Shown in pieces: positions 7,830-17,988 of a stretch of DNA of 64,000 nucleotides. Both the position numbers and the translations under genes were made by a program. The DNA is from Parcubacteria group bacterium LiPW_30. GTDB lineage: Bacteria > Patescibacteriota > Minisyncoccia > Phycocordibacterales > VMEP01. How positions within the stretch are numbered: the first letter of the stretch is position 1; each line of letters begins with the position of its first letter. The stretch lies in assembly GCA_007375595.1 (NCBI GenBank), contig VMEP01000001.1, forward strand, positions 178,816 to 242,815. Direction: 5' to 3'. The notes beneath the pieces were generated by a model. The model was not told the DNA's origin. It was given only the letters and a program-made list of their open reading frames with translations, and ran no database searches.

Positions 7830-9026
7830 CTATTTAATACCGATCTTTATAAATCTTCTTTTACCAACTCGAAGTGTTACCGGGTTTGAAATCTTAAAAT
7901 AAGGATCTGTTATTTTTTCTTCCGTATCCATGTTTAAAACAGCTGACTCTAAGACCAATCTCTTCCATTCATTTTTTGAAGAAATAATTTTTTCTTTAAG
8001 TAACACTTCAACCAAAAGTTCTCCTTTATTAACCGCGACAGAAACTGCATCCTCTGAAACTCCACCCTTCTGGAAGGTCTTAATAAAATCATCTTCAGCT
8101 TCTTTTGCCTTTTTTGCTCCATGATAAAGAGAAACAATTTCTCTGCCGAGCCTCATTTTCGCGTCACGTGGATTTTCACCACTATCAATTGATTCCTTAA
8201 TGCTATTTATTTCCTCATCAGAAAGTCTGGTGCAAAGCGTGAAGTATTTCAAAATTAAATCATCTCGCACCGCCATAACCTTTCCATACATGTCATTTGG
8301 TTCATCTAAAAGATTTATGACGTTTCCCCAAGAAGAAGACATTTTTCTCCCATCTGTTCCCTCTAACATCTGGCAATTCATTATGTCTTGTTCTTCCTGT
8401 CCATAATGTTTTTGAATTGTGCGCCCAGCTTTTAAATTAAACAGTTGATCAAAACCACCAAGCTCAACATCGGCTTTTACAGCAACAGAGTCATATCCCT
8501 GCATCAAAGGGTAAAGAAATTCTCTTAGTGAAATTTCTTCACCTTTTTCAATACGATCAGCGAAATTCCTACGATGCGACATTTGTTGCAATGAAAAACA
8601 CTCTGCCAACTCAGCCACATCGTTAAAATTCAACTTTCTTAGCCATTTCGAATTAAAATGAAACTCTGCTTTTCTTAAATCTAAAACTTTTCCAACCTGA
8701 GCTCTATAATTTTTTAAATTATCTTTTACCTTCTTCGCAGTAAGCATTGGCCTCTTTTCCAATTTGTCTGATGGATCTCCCACTAATGCCGTAAAATCTC
8801 CAACGATAAAAACAACCTTATGCCCAAGATCTTGAAATTCTCGAAGTTTCCATAAAACAATTGCTCTCCCTATGTGTAAAAAAGGAGATGTTGGATCAAA
8901 CCCAAGTTTTACCCTAAGTTGTTTTCCAGAACGAAGCTTTTTTTCTAATGATTCCTTAACAAATACTTCCTCAACTGCATGGCTAAGTAGGTGCTTGATT
9001 TTTTCCTCATCAACGCTAACTTTCAT
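7830..9026 (-). CDS. tyrS: Tyrosine--tRNA ligase
   Basis: GFDPTSPFLHIGR (HIGH-like), YPLMQGYD, GGFDQLFN, KMSSS, C-terminal S4-like domain. Confidence 0.96.
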   Translation of the reverse strand: MKVSVDEEKIKHLLSHAVEEVFVKESLEKKLRSGKQLRVKLGFDPTSPFLHIGRAIVLWKLREFQDLGHKVVFIVGDFTALVGDPSDKLEKRPMLTAKKVKDNLKNYRAQVGKVLDLRKAEFHFNSKWLRKLNFNDVAELAECFSLQQMSHRRNFADRIEKGEEISLREFLYPLMQGYDSVAVKADVELGGFDQLFNLKAGRTIQKHYGQEEQDIMNCQMLEGTDGRKMSSSWGNVINLLDEPNDMYGKVMAVRDDLILKYFTLCTRLSDEEINSIKESIDSGENPRDAKMRLGREIVSLYHGAKKAKEAEDDFIKTFQKGGVSEDAVSVAVNKGELLVEVLLKEKIISSKNEWKRLVLESAVLNMDTEEKITDPYFKISNPVTLRVGKRRFIKIGIK

Positions 9027-9084
9027 ATCGAAAACTTTATCACAAAACCCTTTATTTGTCTTACTGTAAAGGATTTCACATGGT

Positions 9085-11619
9085 ATGCTTAATTTTATGA
9101 AAAGACTCCGTCATCTCTATAAAATAGCCCGTAAACACACAATGAGAAGTTCATTAATTGTGCTGTTTGTTATCGGCGGACTACTGTTTTTGTGGCTTTC
9201 TCAATTCCGCCTCCCAGACTTTAATTCCTTCGAAGAAAGGAAGGTCTCAAATTCAACCAAAATATATGACAGGACTGGCAAAGTTCTTCTTTACGACGTT
9301 CATCAAGGAGTTCGCAGAACGTCGGTTCCTTGGAGCGAAATTAGTGTATATGCCAAAAACGCAACCGTTGCAATTGAAGACTCCGAGTTCTACCAACACC
9401 ATGGAATTAAACCAACAGCTATTGTTAGGGCCGTTTTAGTAAATATTTTTTCTGGGAGCTATTCACAAGGGGGCTCTACGATAACCCAACAAGTTGTAAA
9501 GAACGCCATACTTACCCAAGACAAAAGCATTTCTCGTAAAATAAAAGAGTGGGTCTTATCTTTAAAATTAGAAAGGTCTATGAGCAAAGAAGGTATTCTC
9601 TCTATCTATCTAAATGAAACCCCTTACGGTGGAAATATTTACGGCATTGAAGAGGCAAGTAAATTATATTTCGGAGTAAGCGCAAAGGATTTAACACTGG
9701 CGCAAGCAACATATCTTGCCGCTCTCCCACAGGCTCCAACTTTTTATTCTCCATACGGAAACAATAGAGAAAAACTAGAGAATAGAAAAAATTATGTTTT
9801 GAAAAGAATGTTGGATTTAGGTTTTATAAACCAAGAAGAACATGACAAAGCAAAAAGTGAGGCTGTTGTTTTCCTTCCAAACACAAGCAACAACGCAAAA
9901 GCTATGCACTTTGTTTTTTTTGTTAGAGAGTATTTAGAACAAAAATACGGCCTTGATGCCCTAGAGTCTGGTGGTTTAAAAATAATCACAACGCTTGATT
10001 ATGATCTCCAAAATAAAGCTGAGGAAATTGTTAAAAAAACAGCCCTCTTAAACACGGAAAAATTTAATGCAACCAACGCAAGCTTAGTAGCAATTGACCC
10101 AAAGACAGGGCAAATTCTTGTGATGGTTGGGTCTCGTGATTATTTTGATAAACAAATAGACGGTAATTTTAATATTGCAATCGCCGAAAGACAGCCGGGT
10201 TCTTCTTTTAAACCATTCGTTTATGCAACAGCCTTTATGAAGGGGTACACACCAGATACAATGCTTTTTGATGTAAAAACGGAGTTCCAGACAACTTGTA
10301 CCGCAGAAGGCAACCCTCTTCCGGGAACAAAAGCTGAGGATTGTTATCAGCCAGAAAATTTTGATGGTAAATATTTTGGACCAATGACTATTCGAAATGC
10401 GCTAGCTCAATCAAGAAACGTACCAGCAGTCAAAGCTCTCTATCTTGCGGGAATTCAAGACTCAATTAACACGGCGAGAGTAATGGGAATAAAAAGTCTC
10501 GTTAACGACTCTAGTCGCTATGGACTTACTCTTGTTTTGGGAGGTGGTGAGGTTTCCCTACTTGATATGACAAGCGGTTATTCTGTTTTTGCAAACGGTG
10601 GTATTAGAAATCCATACCAAAGCATTCTTAAAATAGAAGATGCTCAAGGGAAAGTACTCGAGGAATTCAAAGAAAATGGAAGTACGGTAATACCAAAAGA
10701 TATCGCGCTTCAAATCTCAGACATTCTCTCTGATAATAAAGCTCGAGCTCCAGAGTTTGGAGAACACTCTGCGCTATACGTAGAAGGACACGGCGACGTG
10801 GCATCTAAAACAGGTACTACAAACGATTATCGTGACGCTTGGATACTTGGGTATACACCATCACTTGCCGTTGGAGCATGGGCTGGAAACAACGACAATA
10901 GCCCTATGCAAAAAAAGATTGCTGGTTTTATTATTGCACCGATGTGGCATGAATTTATGATGTACGCTCTTGCTTCATCAACCCCAGAACAATTTGAAAA
11001 ACCAAAACCAATTGATTCATCTCTGAAACCAACCCTGCGTGGTGTTTGGCAAGGTGGCGAAGTTTTTGTGATTGATAAAATTTCTGGAAAATTAGCTACC
11101 GAATACACACCAAACGAAACTAAAGAGGAACGAGTTGTAAAAAACCTTCATTCCATTCTTTATTGGGTTTCAAAAAATAACCCAAAAGGAGATGCTCCAG
11201 AAAACCCAGCGGATGATCCTCAGTTTAGATTATGGGAACCAGCTGTTTTAAAATGGGCCCTAAATAACCCAAATCTAGTCACTGGTTACGATAAATCATC
11301 AATTCCAAAAGACTATGACAATGTTCACACTAAAGAAAATATGCCGGTTGTTAAAATAACAGAACCAACAACCCTAAAAACCTATAAGGCCGGAGAAAAA
11401 ATAAAACCAGAAATACAAGTTTCTTCAAGATATAACATTACACGGGTAGATTATTTCTTAAATAACTCTTTCCTTGGCAGTTCTTCGGGTTTTTCAGGTT
11501 TTTCTTTTACCCCACAAGTATCTGATATGAATCCAGAAAATAACACCTTCCGAGTAACTGTTTATGATTCTGTTTACAACAAAACTTCCGCTTCTCAATC
11601 AATAATTATTGATTTTTAG
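9085..11619 (+). CDS. Class A penicillin-binding protein (PBP1A family)
   Basis: Transglycosylase EDSEFYQHHG and GGSTITQQ; transpeptidase SSFK, SRN, KTGT; C-terminal Ig-like domain. Confidence 0.95.
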   Translation: MLNFMKRLRHLYKIARKHTMRSSLIVLFVIGGLLFLWLSQFRLPDFNSFEERKVSNSTKIYDRTGKVLLYDVHQGVRRTSVPWSEISVYAKNATVAIEDSEFYQHHGIKPTAIVRAVLVNIFSGSYSQGGSTITQQVVKNAILTQDKSISRKIKEWVLSLKLERSMSKEGILSIYLNETPYGGNIYGIEEASKLYFGVSAKDLTLAQATYLAALPQAPTFYSPYGNNREKLENRKNYVLKRMLDLGFINQEEHDKAKSEAVVFLPNTSNNAKAMHFVFFVREYLEQKYGLDALESGGLKIITTLDYDLQNKAEEIVKKTALLNTEKFNATNASLVAIDPKTGQILVMVGSRDYFDKQIDGNFNIAIAERQPGSSFKPFVYATAFMKGYTPDTMLFDVKTEFQTTCTAEGNPLPGTKAEDCYQPENFDGKYFGPMTIRNALAQSRNVPAVKALYLAGIQDSINTARVMGIKSLVNDSSRYGLTLVLGGGEVSLLDMTSGYSVFANGGIRNPYQSILKIEDAQGKVLEEFKENGSTVIPKDIALQISDILSDNKARAPEFGEHSALYVEGHGDVASKTGTTNDYRDAWILGYTPSLAVGAWAGNNDNSPMQKKIAGFIIAPMWHEFMMYALASSTPEQFEKPKPIDSSLKPTLRGVWQGGEVFVIDKISGKLATEYTPNETKEERVVKNLHSILYWVSKNNPKGDAPENPADDPQFRLWEPAVLKWALNNPNLVTGYDKSSIPKDYDNVHTKENMPVVKITEPTTLKTYKAGEKIKPEIQVSSRYNITRVDYFLNNSFLGSSSGFSGFSFTPQVSDMNPENNTFRVTVYDSVYNKTSASQSIIIDF

Positions 11620-11879
11620 TTTATTTCTTTAATTAAATCTGACGTTATTTCGTCTTTAATTAATTTTAATATTCCCTCTTTTTTAATGTAAATAATACTT
11701 TTCTCCTTTGAATTACAAGAGATGGTGACTGTTTTTTTATTTATTTTTATACTTTTTTTATCTAAAACAACACCTGTTTCTTTTTTTACCACTTCAATTA
11801 TTACATCGAGAATGGCCTCTTTTTCTAAAATTGTTTTTTTTATTTTATCAAAAAGTGACCCAAGGTTATTTAAATTCAT
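11616..11879 (-). CDS. Small protein, possibly DciA/DUF721-like
   Basis: Directly downstream of dnaN; size and pattern resemble the DciA KH-like domain. Confidence 0.5.
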   Translation of the reverse strand: MNLNNLGSLFDKIKKTILEKEAILDVIIEVVKKETGVVLDKKSIKINKKTVTISCNSKEKSIIYIKKEGILKLIKDEITSDLIKEIN

Positions 11880-11880
11880 T

Positions 11881-12981
11881 TTATCTATTCATTGGCATCA
11901 CAAGGTAAAGAAAGGAACTATCTGAAACATTCTTAATAATTAAAGGTTTTGAGTTTCCATTAAACTGTAATACTAAACTGTCCTGTGTGATGGATTGAAA
12001 ACAATCAAAAATATATCTATAGTTAAAATTAACTTCCACTTCTTCCCCTGAAATAGCCGCTTCAATATTCGTATCTGTTTCACCAACATCTTGATTTTTT
12101 GTTTTTATTTTTAATTGTTTTGTTTTTGGCGATACTAAAAAAGAAACTTGGTTAAATTTATCAAGAAAAGTGTTACTTAATTTAAAAGCGTTAACGATAT
12201 CTTGTTTTAAAACAACAGCCTCTGTTTTTTGTTCCTTGGGAATTATTTGTTGGTAGTCAGGAAAAACACCGTCTATTAATCTAGATGTTATATAAACACC
12301 ATCAAAAGAAATTGATATTTGGTTTTTTGTTGTTTTAATTAAAAGTAAACCATCTGTATTTTCTGTTATTTTTACTATTTCTGTAATGTTTTTAAACGGA
12401 ATAATAACGCCATTAAAATCACTAATGGTTTTTGTTTTTATTCTCTTTTCAGCTAAACGGAATGAATCTGTTGAAACAAAAATTAATTCATTATTGTTTT
12501 GATAAATATAAACACTCGCTATTTCCGGTTTTATTTCTGTTGTGGCAGAACTATAAAAAACATATTTTACACCTTGGTTGAAAATTTTTGATTCTATTTC
12601 AAAAGACACCCCAGTTGTAATTGTTGGTATTGTTGGAAAATCATTATATGGATAACATTTTATTACTGTTTTATTATTTTTTGTTGTAACTACTATATTT
12701 TCATTTACTTCCTCTAGTAAAACATTCTTTTCATTCTGTATTCCTGATAAAAAATTATTTAAAACACTTCCTTTAATAGCTAATATTCCTTCTTTTTCTA
12801 TTTTTGCTGGGATTTCGATTTCTACACCTAAATCGAGATTTGTTGCTCTTATTTTTAAAGTCTTTCCATTTGCTATCAAAAGGACACAACTTAAAACATT
12901 TAAAGTTAAATTTTTACCAGTAATTTTCTCTGCAATAGAAATTGCATTTTTAATTTTTTCAACTAAGCATTCTACTTTCAT
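11881..12981 (-). CDS. dnaN: DNA polymerase III beta clamp
   Basis: ATNLDLGV, STDSFRLAE, SRLIDGVFPDY, YLVMPM. Confidence 0.97.
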   Translation of the reverse strand: MKVECLVEKIKNAISIAEKITGKNLTLNVLSCVLLIANGKTLKIRATNLDLGVEIEIPAKIEKEGILAIKGSVLNNFLSGIQNEKNVLLEEVNENIVVTTKNNKTVIKCYPYNDFPTIPTITTGVSFEIESKIFNQGVKYVFYSSATTEIKPEIASVYIYQNNNELIFVSTDSFRLAEKRIKTKTISDFNGVIIPFKNITEIVKITENTDGLLLIKTTKNQISISFDGVYITSRLIDGVFPDYQQIIPKEQKTEAVVLKQDIVNAFKLSNTFLDKFNQVSFLVSPKTKQLKIKTKNQDVGETDTNIEAAISGEEVEVNFNYRYIFDCFQSITQDSLVLQFNGNSKPLIIKNVSDSSFLYLVMPMNR

Positions 12982-13218
12982 AGTATTAGTATTTATTTAA
13001 AAGAATATGATTATTATAATGAGCCTGTTGATATGTGGAAAAGTTTAAAAAACCTATATTAAATAATGATGTAATATTTTTTTTAAACATACTTAATAAG
13101 TTAATAAGTGAATAATTATAAATAATAACTTCTTGGGTTTTTAATGAAATATTATTTTTTGTGTTTTTTATTAACTTCATATTATTTACTTATCAACAGT
13201 TTTTCCTTAAGTTAAAAA
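12982..13218. other. Probable replication origin oriC
   Basis: Very AT-rich dnaA-dnaN spacer with DnaA-box variants TGTTGATAT and TGTGGAAAA (13026-13042) and TTATCAACA (13190-13198). Confidence 0.7.
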
Positions 13219-14568
13219 TTAAAATAATGCTTTGATTTGTTCTAATTCTTGTAGTAAAGAATTGTCTGTTTTTATTTCTTTTTTTATTTTTTCACAAGAA
13301 TGGATAACAGTTGTGTGATCACGGCCACCCATTTTTTGTCCAATAGAAGGATAAGAAATATCAAACTCTTCTCTTAAGATGTACATAGCTACTTGTCTTG
13401 GTTTAACAACATCTTTTCTCCTGGTTTTTTCATAAACACTAGCCTCTTCAATGTTATAAAAATCAGCAATTATCTTAACAACATCTTTTACAGCCATATT
13501 TTTCTTAGGTTTTATGTTGTTTTTTAAGAGATTTTTTATTTCATACAAGGAAAGATCTTTGTTTTTTAGTTTTGTGTGGCAAATAACAAGGTTTAAAGCC
13601 CCTTCAAGCTCTCTAATGTTTCCTTGAATAAGCGAAGCAATATACTGCATTACTTCTTCTGGTGGGTAAAAATTATTTTCTTTCGCTTTTGCCGACAAAA
13701 TTGAGAGCCTAGATTCATACTCTGGTTGGCCGACATCAACTGTCATGCCAGCTCCAAAACGCGACTTCAAGCGTTCTTCTAGGTTTGGGATAAAGTTTGG
13801 GTGCACATCTGAGGAAAAAATAATTTGTTTGTTGTTGTCGTAAAAGGCGTTAAAAAGGTGGAATAATTCCTCTTGGGTTTTATCTTTGTTTGATAAAAAC
13901 TGAACATCATCAACAATAAGAACATCATATTTTCTATATCTTTCTTTAAAGGCAGGTATTTTATTTGCCTGCATTGAAGTAACAAAATCAACTGAAAATT
14001 TTTCAGATGTTGTGTAAAAAACCTTACGATTGTTATGTTTTGTTTTTAAAGTGTTCCCTACTGATTGAATAAGGTGTGTTTTTCCTAAACCAGTGCGACC
14101 ATAAATAAAAAGAGGGTTATAGGCCATTCCTGGTTTTTCAAGTACTGCTTGTGCAGCGCTGTAAGCAAGTTCATTAAAAGAACCAATAACAAAAGAATCA
14201 AAAGTGTAACGAGGGTTTAAGTTATCTTCTTTGTTTATGTATAAATCTGCCAAAGGAAGCTCGCGAAGAAGTGGAGATTTTGAAAGATCGGCAATTACAG
14301 TTTTTGGTTTTTCGCCAATATTTTTTACAACAACGTACTCGACCCCTCTAACGAATTCAGAGGTATCACGCATCTTTTGTAAAATAAATTTGTGATACTT
14401 GTTAAATATCCAATCTTTAACAAACTCGTTAGGAACCCCAACAAAGACAATACCCCCCTCTTCTTTTACAATGTCTGTGTTTTTAAACCATGTACTAAAA
14501 TTTGCTTTTGAAACATGAAGCTCTACTTCAAGAAGTGTATTTGTCCAAAGGTTTTTTAAGTCGAGCAT
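13219..14568 (-). CDS. dnaA: Chromosomal replication initiator DnaA
   Basis: LNPRYTFDSFVIG, YNPLFIYGRTGLGKTHL, DDVQF, GGRDHTTVIH. Confidence 0.98.
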   Translation of the reverse strand: MLDLKNLWTNTLLEVELHVSKANFSTWFKNTDIVKEEGGIVFVGVPNEFVKDWIFNKYHKFILQKMRDTSEFVRGVEYVVVKNIGEKPKTVIADLSKSPLLRELPLADLYINKEDNLNPRYTFDSFVIGSFNELAYSAAQAVLEKPGMAYNPLFIYGRTGLGKTHLIQSVGNTLKTKHNNRKVFYTTSEKFSVDFVTSMQANKIPAFKERYRKYDVLIVDDVQFLSNKDKTQEELFHLFNAFYDNNKQIIFSSDVHPNFIPNLEERLKSRFGAGMTVDVGQPEYESRLSILSAKAKENNFYPPEEVMQYIASLIQGNIRELEGALNLVICHTKLKNKDLSLYEIKNLLKNNIKPKKNMAVKDVVKIIADFYNIEEASVYEKTRRKDVVKPRQVAMYILREEFDISYPSIGQKMGGRDHTTVIHSCEKIKKEIKTDNSLLQELEQIKALF

Positions 14569-14722
14569 AAAAGAGATGTTTGTTTGGAGTATTATAATGG
14601 GTAAAACTAAAAATGGAACGTGACAAAAAAATGCTTTTATGTTAATAAGGTGTGAACAAGTTGGTGATTCTAAAACTAGAACACATTTGTTTTGTCTTTA
14701 GTGTTAATCTATAATCAATCTT

Positions 14723-14860
14723 ATGTCACAAACATATCAACCTAAAAAGAGAAAAAGAGCTAAAGCTCACGGTTTTTTAGCTAGAACAGCAACAAAAGGT
14801 GGAAAGAAGGTAATAAAACGAAGGGCTCAAAAAGGAAGAAAGAAACTTACTACCGTCTAA
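14723..14860 (+). CDS. rpmH: 50S ribosomal protein L34
   Basis: Hand translation [45 protein letters not shown]; canonical position. Confidence 0.96.
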   Translation: MSQTYQPKKRKRAKAHGFLARTATKGGKKVIKRRAQKGRKKLTTV

Positions 14861-14870
14861 AAACAAAAAA

Positions 14871-15218
14871 ATGCTCGCCAAAAAAAGGAGAGTAAAAACG
14901 AAAGAGTTTAATTTGGCTTTTTCTAGTGCTGGAGCAAAAAACTATACATCCCCCTTTTTTTCACTAAAGGTTGTTTCTAGTGGAGAAATAAACGACGAAA
15001 CAACGTTTTCCTCTGTGGTTTCAAAAAAGATTGCAAATACTGCTGTTTTAAGGAATAAAACAAGGCGCAGGATGTATGAAATAGTAAAAAAAATATTACC
15101 AGAAGTTAAAAATGGTTATATTTGTTTGATTTTTGTAAAGAAAGAAGCAATAAAAGCTGATTTTTCAGTACTTAAGGAAAATTTCAGCCAGTTAGTAAAA
15201 AAAGCCGGGATTGTATGA
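14871..15218 (+). CDS. rnpA: Ribonuclease P protein component
   Basis: VVSKKIANTAVLRNKTRRR; follows rpmH. Confidence 0.92.
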   Translation: MLAKKRRVKTKEFNLAFSSAGAKNYTSPFFSLKVVSSGEINDETTFSSVVSKKIANTAVLRNKTRRRMYEIVKKILPEVKNGYICLIFVKKEAIKADFSVLKENFSQLVKKAGIV

Positions 15219-15463
15219 AAAAAGCCTTTGTTTACATAATTCGTCTATATCAAAGGTATCTATCTCCCGACCAGGGGGTATTTTCTTTTTTTGTAAGACA
15301 ACCAACTTGTGTTTTTTACCCTACTTGCTCGGAGTACTGTATTTCTGCGGTAGAAAAATATGGAGTTTTATGTGGTTTTTGGCTTTTTTTGAAAAGAATA
15401 GTGCGCTGTCGCCCTGGATCCGAATTCAAAATAGACCCAGTTCCAGAGGATGTTGCTAAATAA
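15215..15463 (+). CDS. yidD: Membrane protein insertion efficiency factor YidD
   Basis: YQRYLSP, CVFYPTCSEY, RIVRCRP. Confidence 0.93.
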   Translation: MKKAFVYIIRLYQRYLSPDQGVFSFFVRQPTCVFYPTCSEYCISAVEKYGVLCGFWLFLKRIVRCRPGSEFKIDPVPEDVAK

Positions 15464-15488
15464 GACACATTGGTCGTAGAATAGGAGT

Positions 15489-16229
15489 ATGTCTTACTTG
15501 TGGGAAACTTTAATTCATCAGCCGTTATATAACGGCCTTGTTTTTTTAATCAATATTATTCCTGGTGGAAATGTTGCAGTTGCGATTATTATCCTCACAC
15601 TGGTTGTTAAACTTGCTATTTTTCCTTTAACAAAAAAATCTATTAGGACTCAAGTTTTAATGCGCAAGCTTGAACCAGAACTTGTTTTAATAAAAAATAA
15701 AGTAAAAAATAAAGAAGACCAAGCTCGCCAGACAATGGAGCTTTATAAAAAGCATAATGTTAATCCTTTTTCTAGTTGTTTGATTGCCATCATCCAGGTT
15801 TTTATAGCAATCGGTCTTTACAATGTTTTATCGGCCGGAATTGTTTTAGAACAAGATTCCCTATATTCTTTTGTTGTTTTTCCAGAAATAATAAATTCTT
15901 TATTTTTAGGAATAATTGATACCCACACACCGAGCTATCTTCTCGCCTTCTTTGCAGCTATCTCACAGTACTTCTTGGCTGCGCTTTTACCTGCTCCACA
16001 AAAAAAAGAAGGGAAAGAAGCTCCTACTTTTCAAGAAGATTTGGCTAGGAATATGCACATGCAAATGAAGTATGTTTTACCTTTTGTTATTCTCGTTATA
16101 GCGGTTACTTTTCCAGCGGCAATTTCTCTTTATTGGGTTGTGAGTAACCTCTTTTCTATCGGACAAGAAATTGTTATAAGGAAAGGATTAGAGAAGTACG
16201 ATATGAAGAACCCACAGGTTGTTTCTTAA
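15489..16229 (+). CDS. yidC: YidC/Oxa1 membrane protein insertase
   Basis: TMELYKKHNVNPFSSCL, SLYWVVSNLFSIGQ. Confidence 0.93.
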   Translation: MSYLWETLIHQPLYNGLVFLINIIPGGNVAVAIIILTLVVKLAIFPLTKKSIRTQVLMRKLEPELVLIKNKVKNKEDQARQTMELYKKHNVNPFSSCLIAIIQVFIAIGLYNVLSAGIVLEQDSLYSFVVFPEIINSLFLGIIDTHTPSYLLAFFAAISQYFLAALLPAPQKKEGKEAPTFQEDLARNMHMQMKYVLPFVILVIAVTFPAAISLYWVVSNLFSIGQEIVIRKGLEKYDMKNPQVVS

Positions 16230-16238
16230 AATACAAAA

Positions 16239-16727
16239 ATGAAACCAGAGGATGTAAAAAAAATAATAGAGGAAGTTCTCAATAAACTTACAACTTCTTT
16301 TGAGGAGATAGAAATAAATAAAATGGAAGATGGATCTTATGTTTTTTCAATTAAAACAAAAGAAACAGATTTTATTGTTGGAAAGGATGGAACTTCCCTT
16401 TTGTCGCTAAACCATCTTGTCAAAAGAATTTTTGATCAGAAATTAAATAAAACACAAACTGAAGCACCTTTCTCTTTTGTTGTTGATGTTAATGGTTATC
16501 AACAAAAAAAGATTGATGAAATAAAAAATAAAGCAAAAATGATGGTTGAAAGAGCTCGTTTTTTTAAATCAAACGTTGAGCTTGAGCCGATGTCTTCATA
16601 CGAAAGAATGATTGTTCATAATTTTTTAAAAACAATTCCAGACATAGATACTGAGTCTATTGGGACAGGAGGAGAAAGAAGGGTTGTTGTTAAGTATAAA
16701 GAGGCACCCGGTATAGCATCTCTGTAA
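16239..16727 (+). CDS. Jag/KhpB-like RNA-binding protein (KH + R3H)
   Basis: IVGKDG, LEPMSSYERMIVH, ESIGTGGERRVVV. Confidence 0.88.
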   Translation: MKPEDVKKIIEEVLNKLTTSFEEIEINKMEDGSYVFSIKTKETDFIVGKDGTSLLSLNHLVKRIFDQKLNKTQTEAPFSFVVDVNGYQQKKIDEIKNKAKMMVERARFFKSNVELEPMSSYERMIVHNFLKTIPDIDTESIGTGGERRVVVKYKEAPGIASL

Positions 16728-16744
16728 GCCATTTTTAGCTCTAT

Positions 16745-17983
16745 CTAGAGGGATAAAAGCCAGAGTGAGTTGTCTGTCTTATTCAAAAAAACCAAAGTAT
16801 CACCGTTTTGGTTTATTTGCATAAGTGTCGCATCTATTTGTTCCCTTGAGATTTCGCGTAGGTTTATAAGTTGGTCAGTGGCGCCCGATTCCGTGTCTAT
16901 TTTCCAAATAGTATCAGAGAAATTAATTAATCCTTGATACCAAGAATCAGGATAACCGTCGGCAGTTCTGGGGGTAGATTCTGGAACAGCGCAATAAACA
17001 TCAATATTGTTTGAGTACCAGACACATTTTTCAGAAAGTGTTGCTAACCCAAAGGAGTATGAAGCTTTTGTTTTTTTAATAAGAATAGACAAGGGTGATC
17101 CATATTCGGTATTCTCTGAGAAAAGAACTCTACTTCCATCCGGTGAGGTTAATGTTGTGAGTCCGTATTTTCCCCCAAGAATTTTTGTTAGAGATGAATT
17201 TTTTGTGGTTATTGAGTAATCAAAACCAAAAACAAAAGAAGAAGGTTTAGTGTTAAGTGAAATTAAGTCGGTTGTTACCCATTGAGGGAGCCATTCAGTG
17301 AAAGATGACTGGAATATTTGTGATTTTTTCGTACCATCAAATAATGAAATAGTTCCAACAGATAGTCCTCCGTAATTAGATAAAGTGAAAATTTTTAACT
17401 TATCAGGAGAAACTGCTATTTGTTCTATATCTTCATCTAAGAAAGATCCAACAAGAATCCCCTCATCTGTACTGGTTGCTTTAGGTGAAATTTTTCCAGA
17501 AAATGTTTGAATGGAATCGCTATCTTCTTTTTGGTATCTAAGCAAAACCTGTTCTCCTTTGTCCGAAAAAATAGCTTCATGTATTTGTGGAATGGTTGTA
17601 TTGCTTACCCTTTTTTTCTCAAGACTAGCTGTGTTTACTTCTTGAATGTGACCATTCCCTTTTTCTACATAACGGACAATAGTTGAACTCCCTTTTTCAA
17701 AAACAATAAACCCGGCTACAGGAGTGTCGGATATCTTTGAGAGCTTGACCTTCCTTTGTTCGTTTTGGTTTTGGTTATTTGTTGTTTGTGATGAGTCACC
17801 CGTGCCTGTTGTGTCTCCCCCTCCGCTTGTTGGCTGTTTTTCAAAAATACCAAAAGGGAAAAATCCGTCGTTGGTGCTGGTTTCTCCATTATTTGATTTT
17901 TGGGTTAGAAAAAACCAACCTGCTCCTGCAAAGGCGACCAAAATCAAGGAAAGAATTATTGCGAGTGTTGTTTTTGTGGGCAT
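16745..17983 (-). CDS. Membrane-anchored hypothetical protein, probable beta-propeller ectodomain
   Basis: N-terminal TM, low-complexity linker, SPDK/SPDG blade-like motifs; start set at the second Met. Confidence 0.7.
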   Translation of the reverse strand: MPTKTTLAIILSLILVAFAGAGWFFLTQKSNNGETSTNDGFFPFGIFEKQPTSGGGDTTGTGDSSQTTNNQNQNEQRKVKLSKISDTPVAGFIVFEKGSSTIVRYVEKGNGHIQEVNTASLEKKRVSNTTIPQIHEAIFSDKGEQVLLRYQKEDSDSIQTFSGKISPKATSTDEGILVGSFLDEDIEQIAVSPDKLKIFTLSNYGGLSVGTISLFDGTKKSQIFQSSFTEWLPQWVTTDLISLNTKPSSFVFGFDYSITTKNSSLTKILGGKYGLTTLTSPDGSRVLFSENTEYGSPLSILIKKTKASYSFGLATLSEKCVWYSNNIDVYCAVPESTPRTADGYPDSWYQGLINFSDTIWKIDTESGATDQLINLREISREQIDATLMQINQNGDTLVFLNKTDNSLWLLSL

Positions 17984-17988
17984 TTTAT

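Noticed and set aside
12986-13180. 64-aa ORF between dnaA and dnaN
   Set aside because: AT-rich oriC-like spacer with DnaA boxes; no protein-like features
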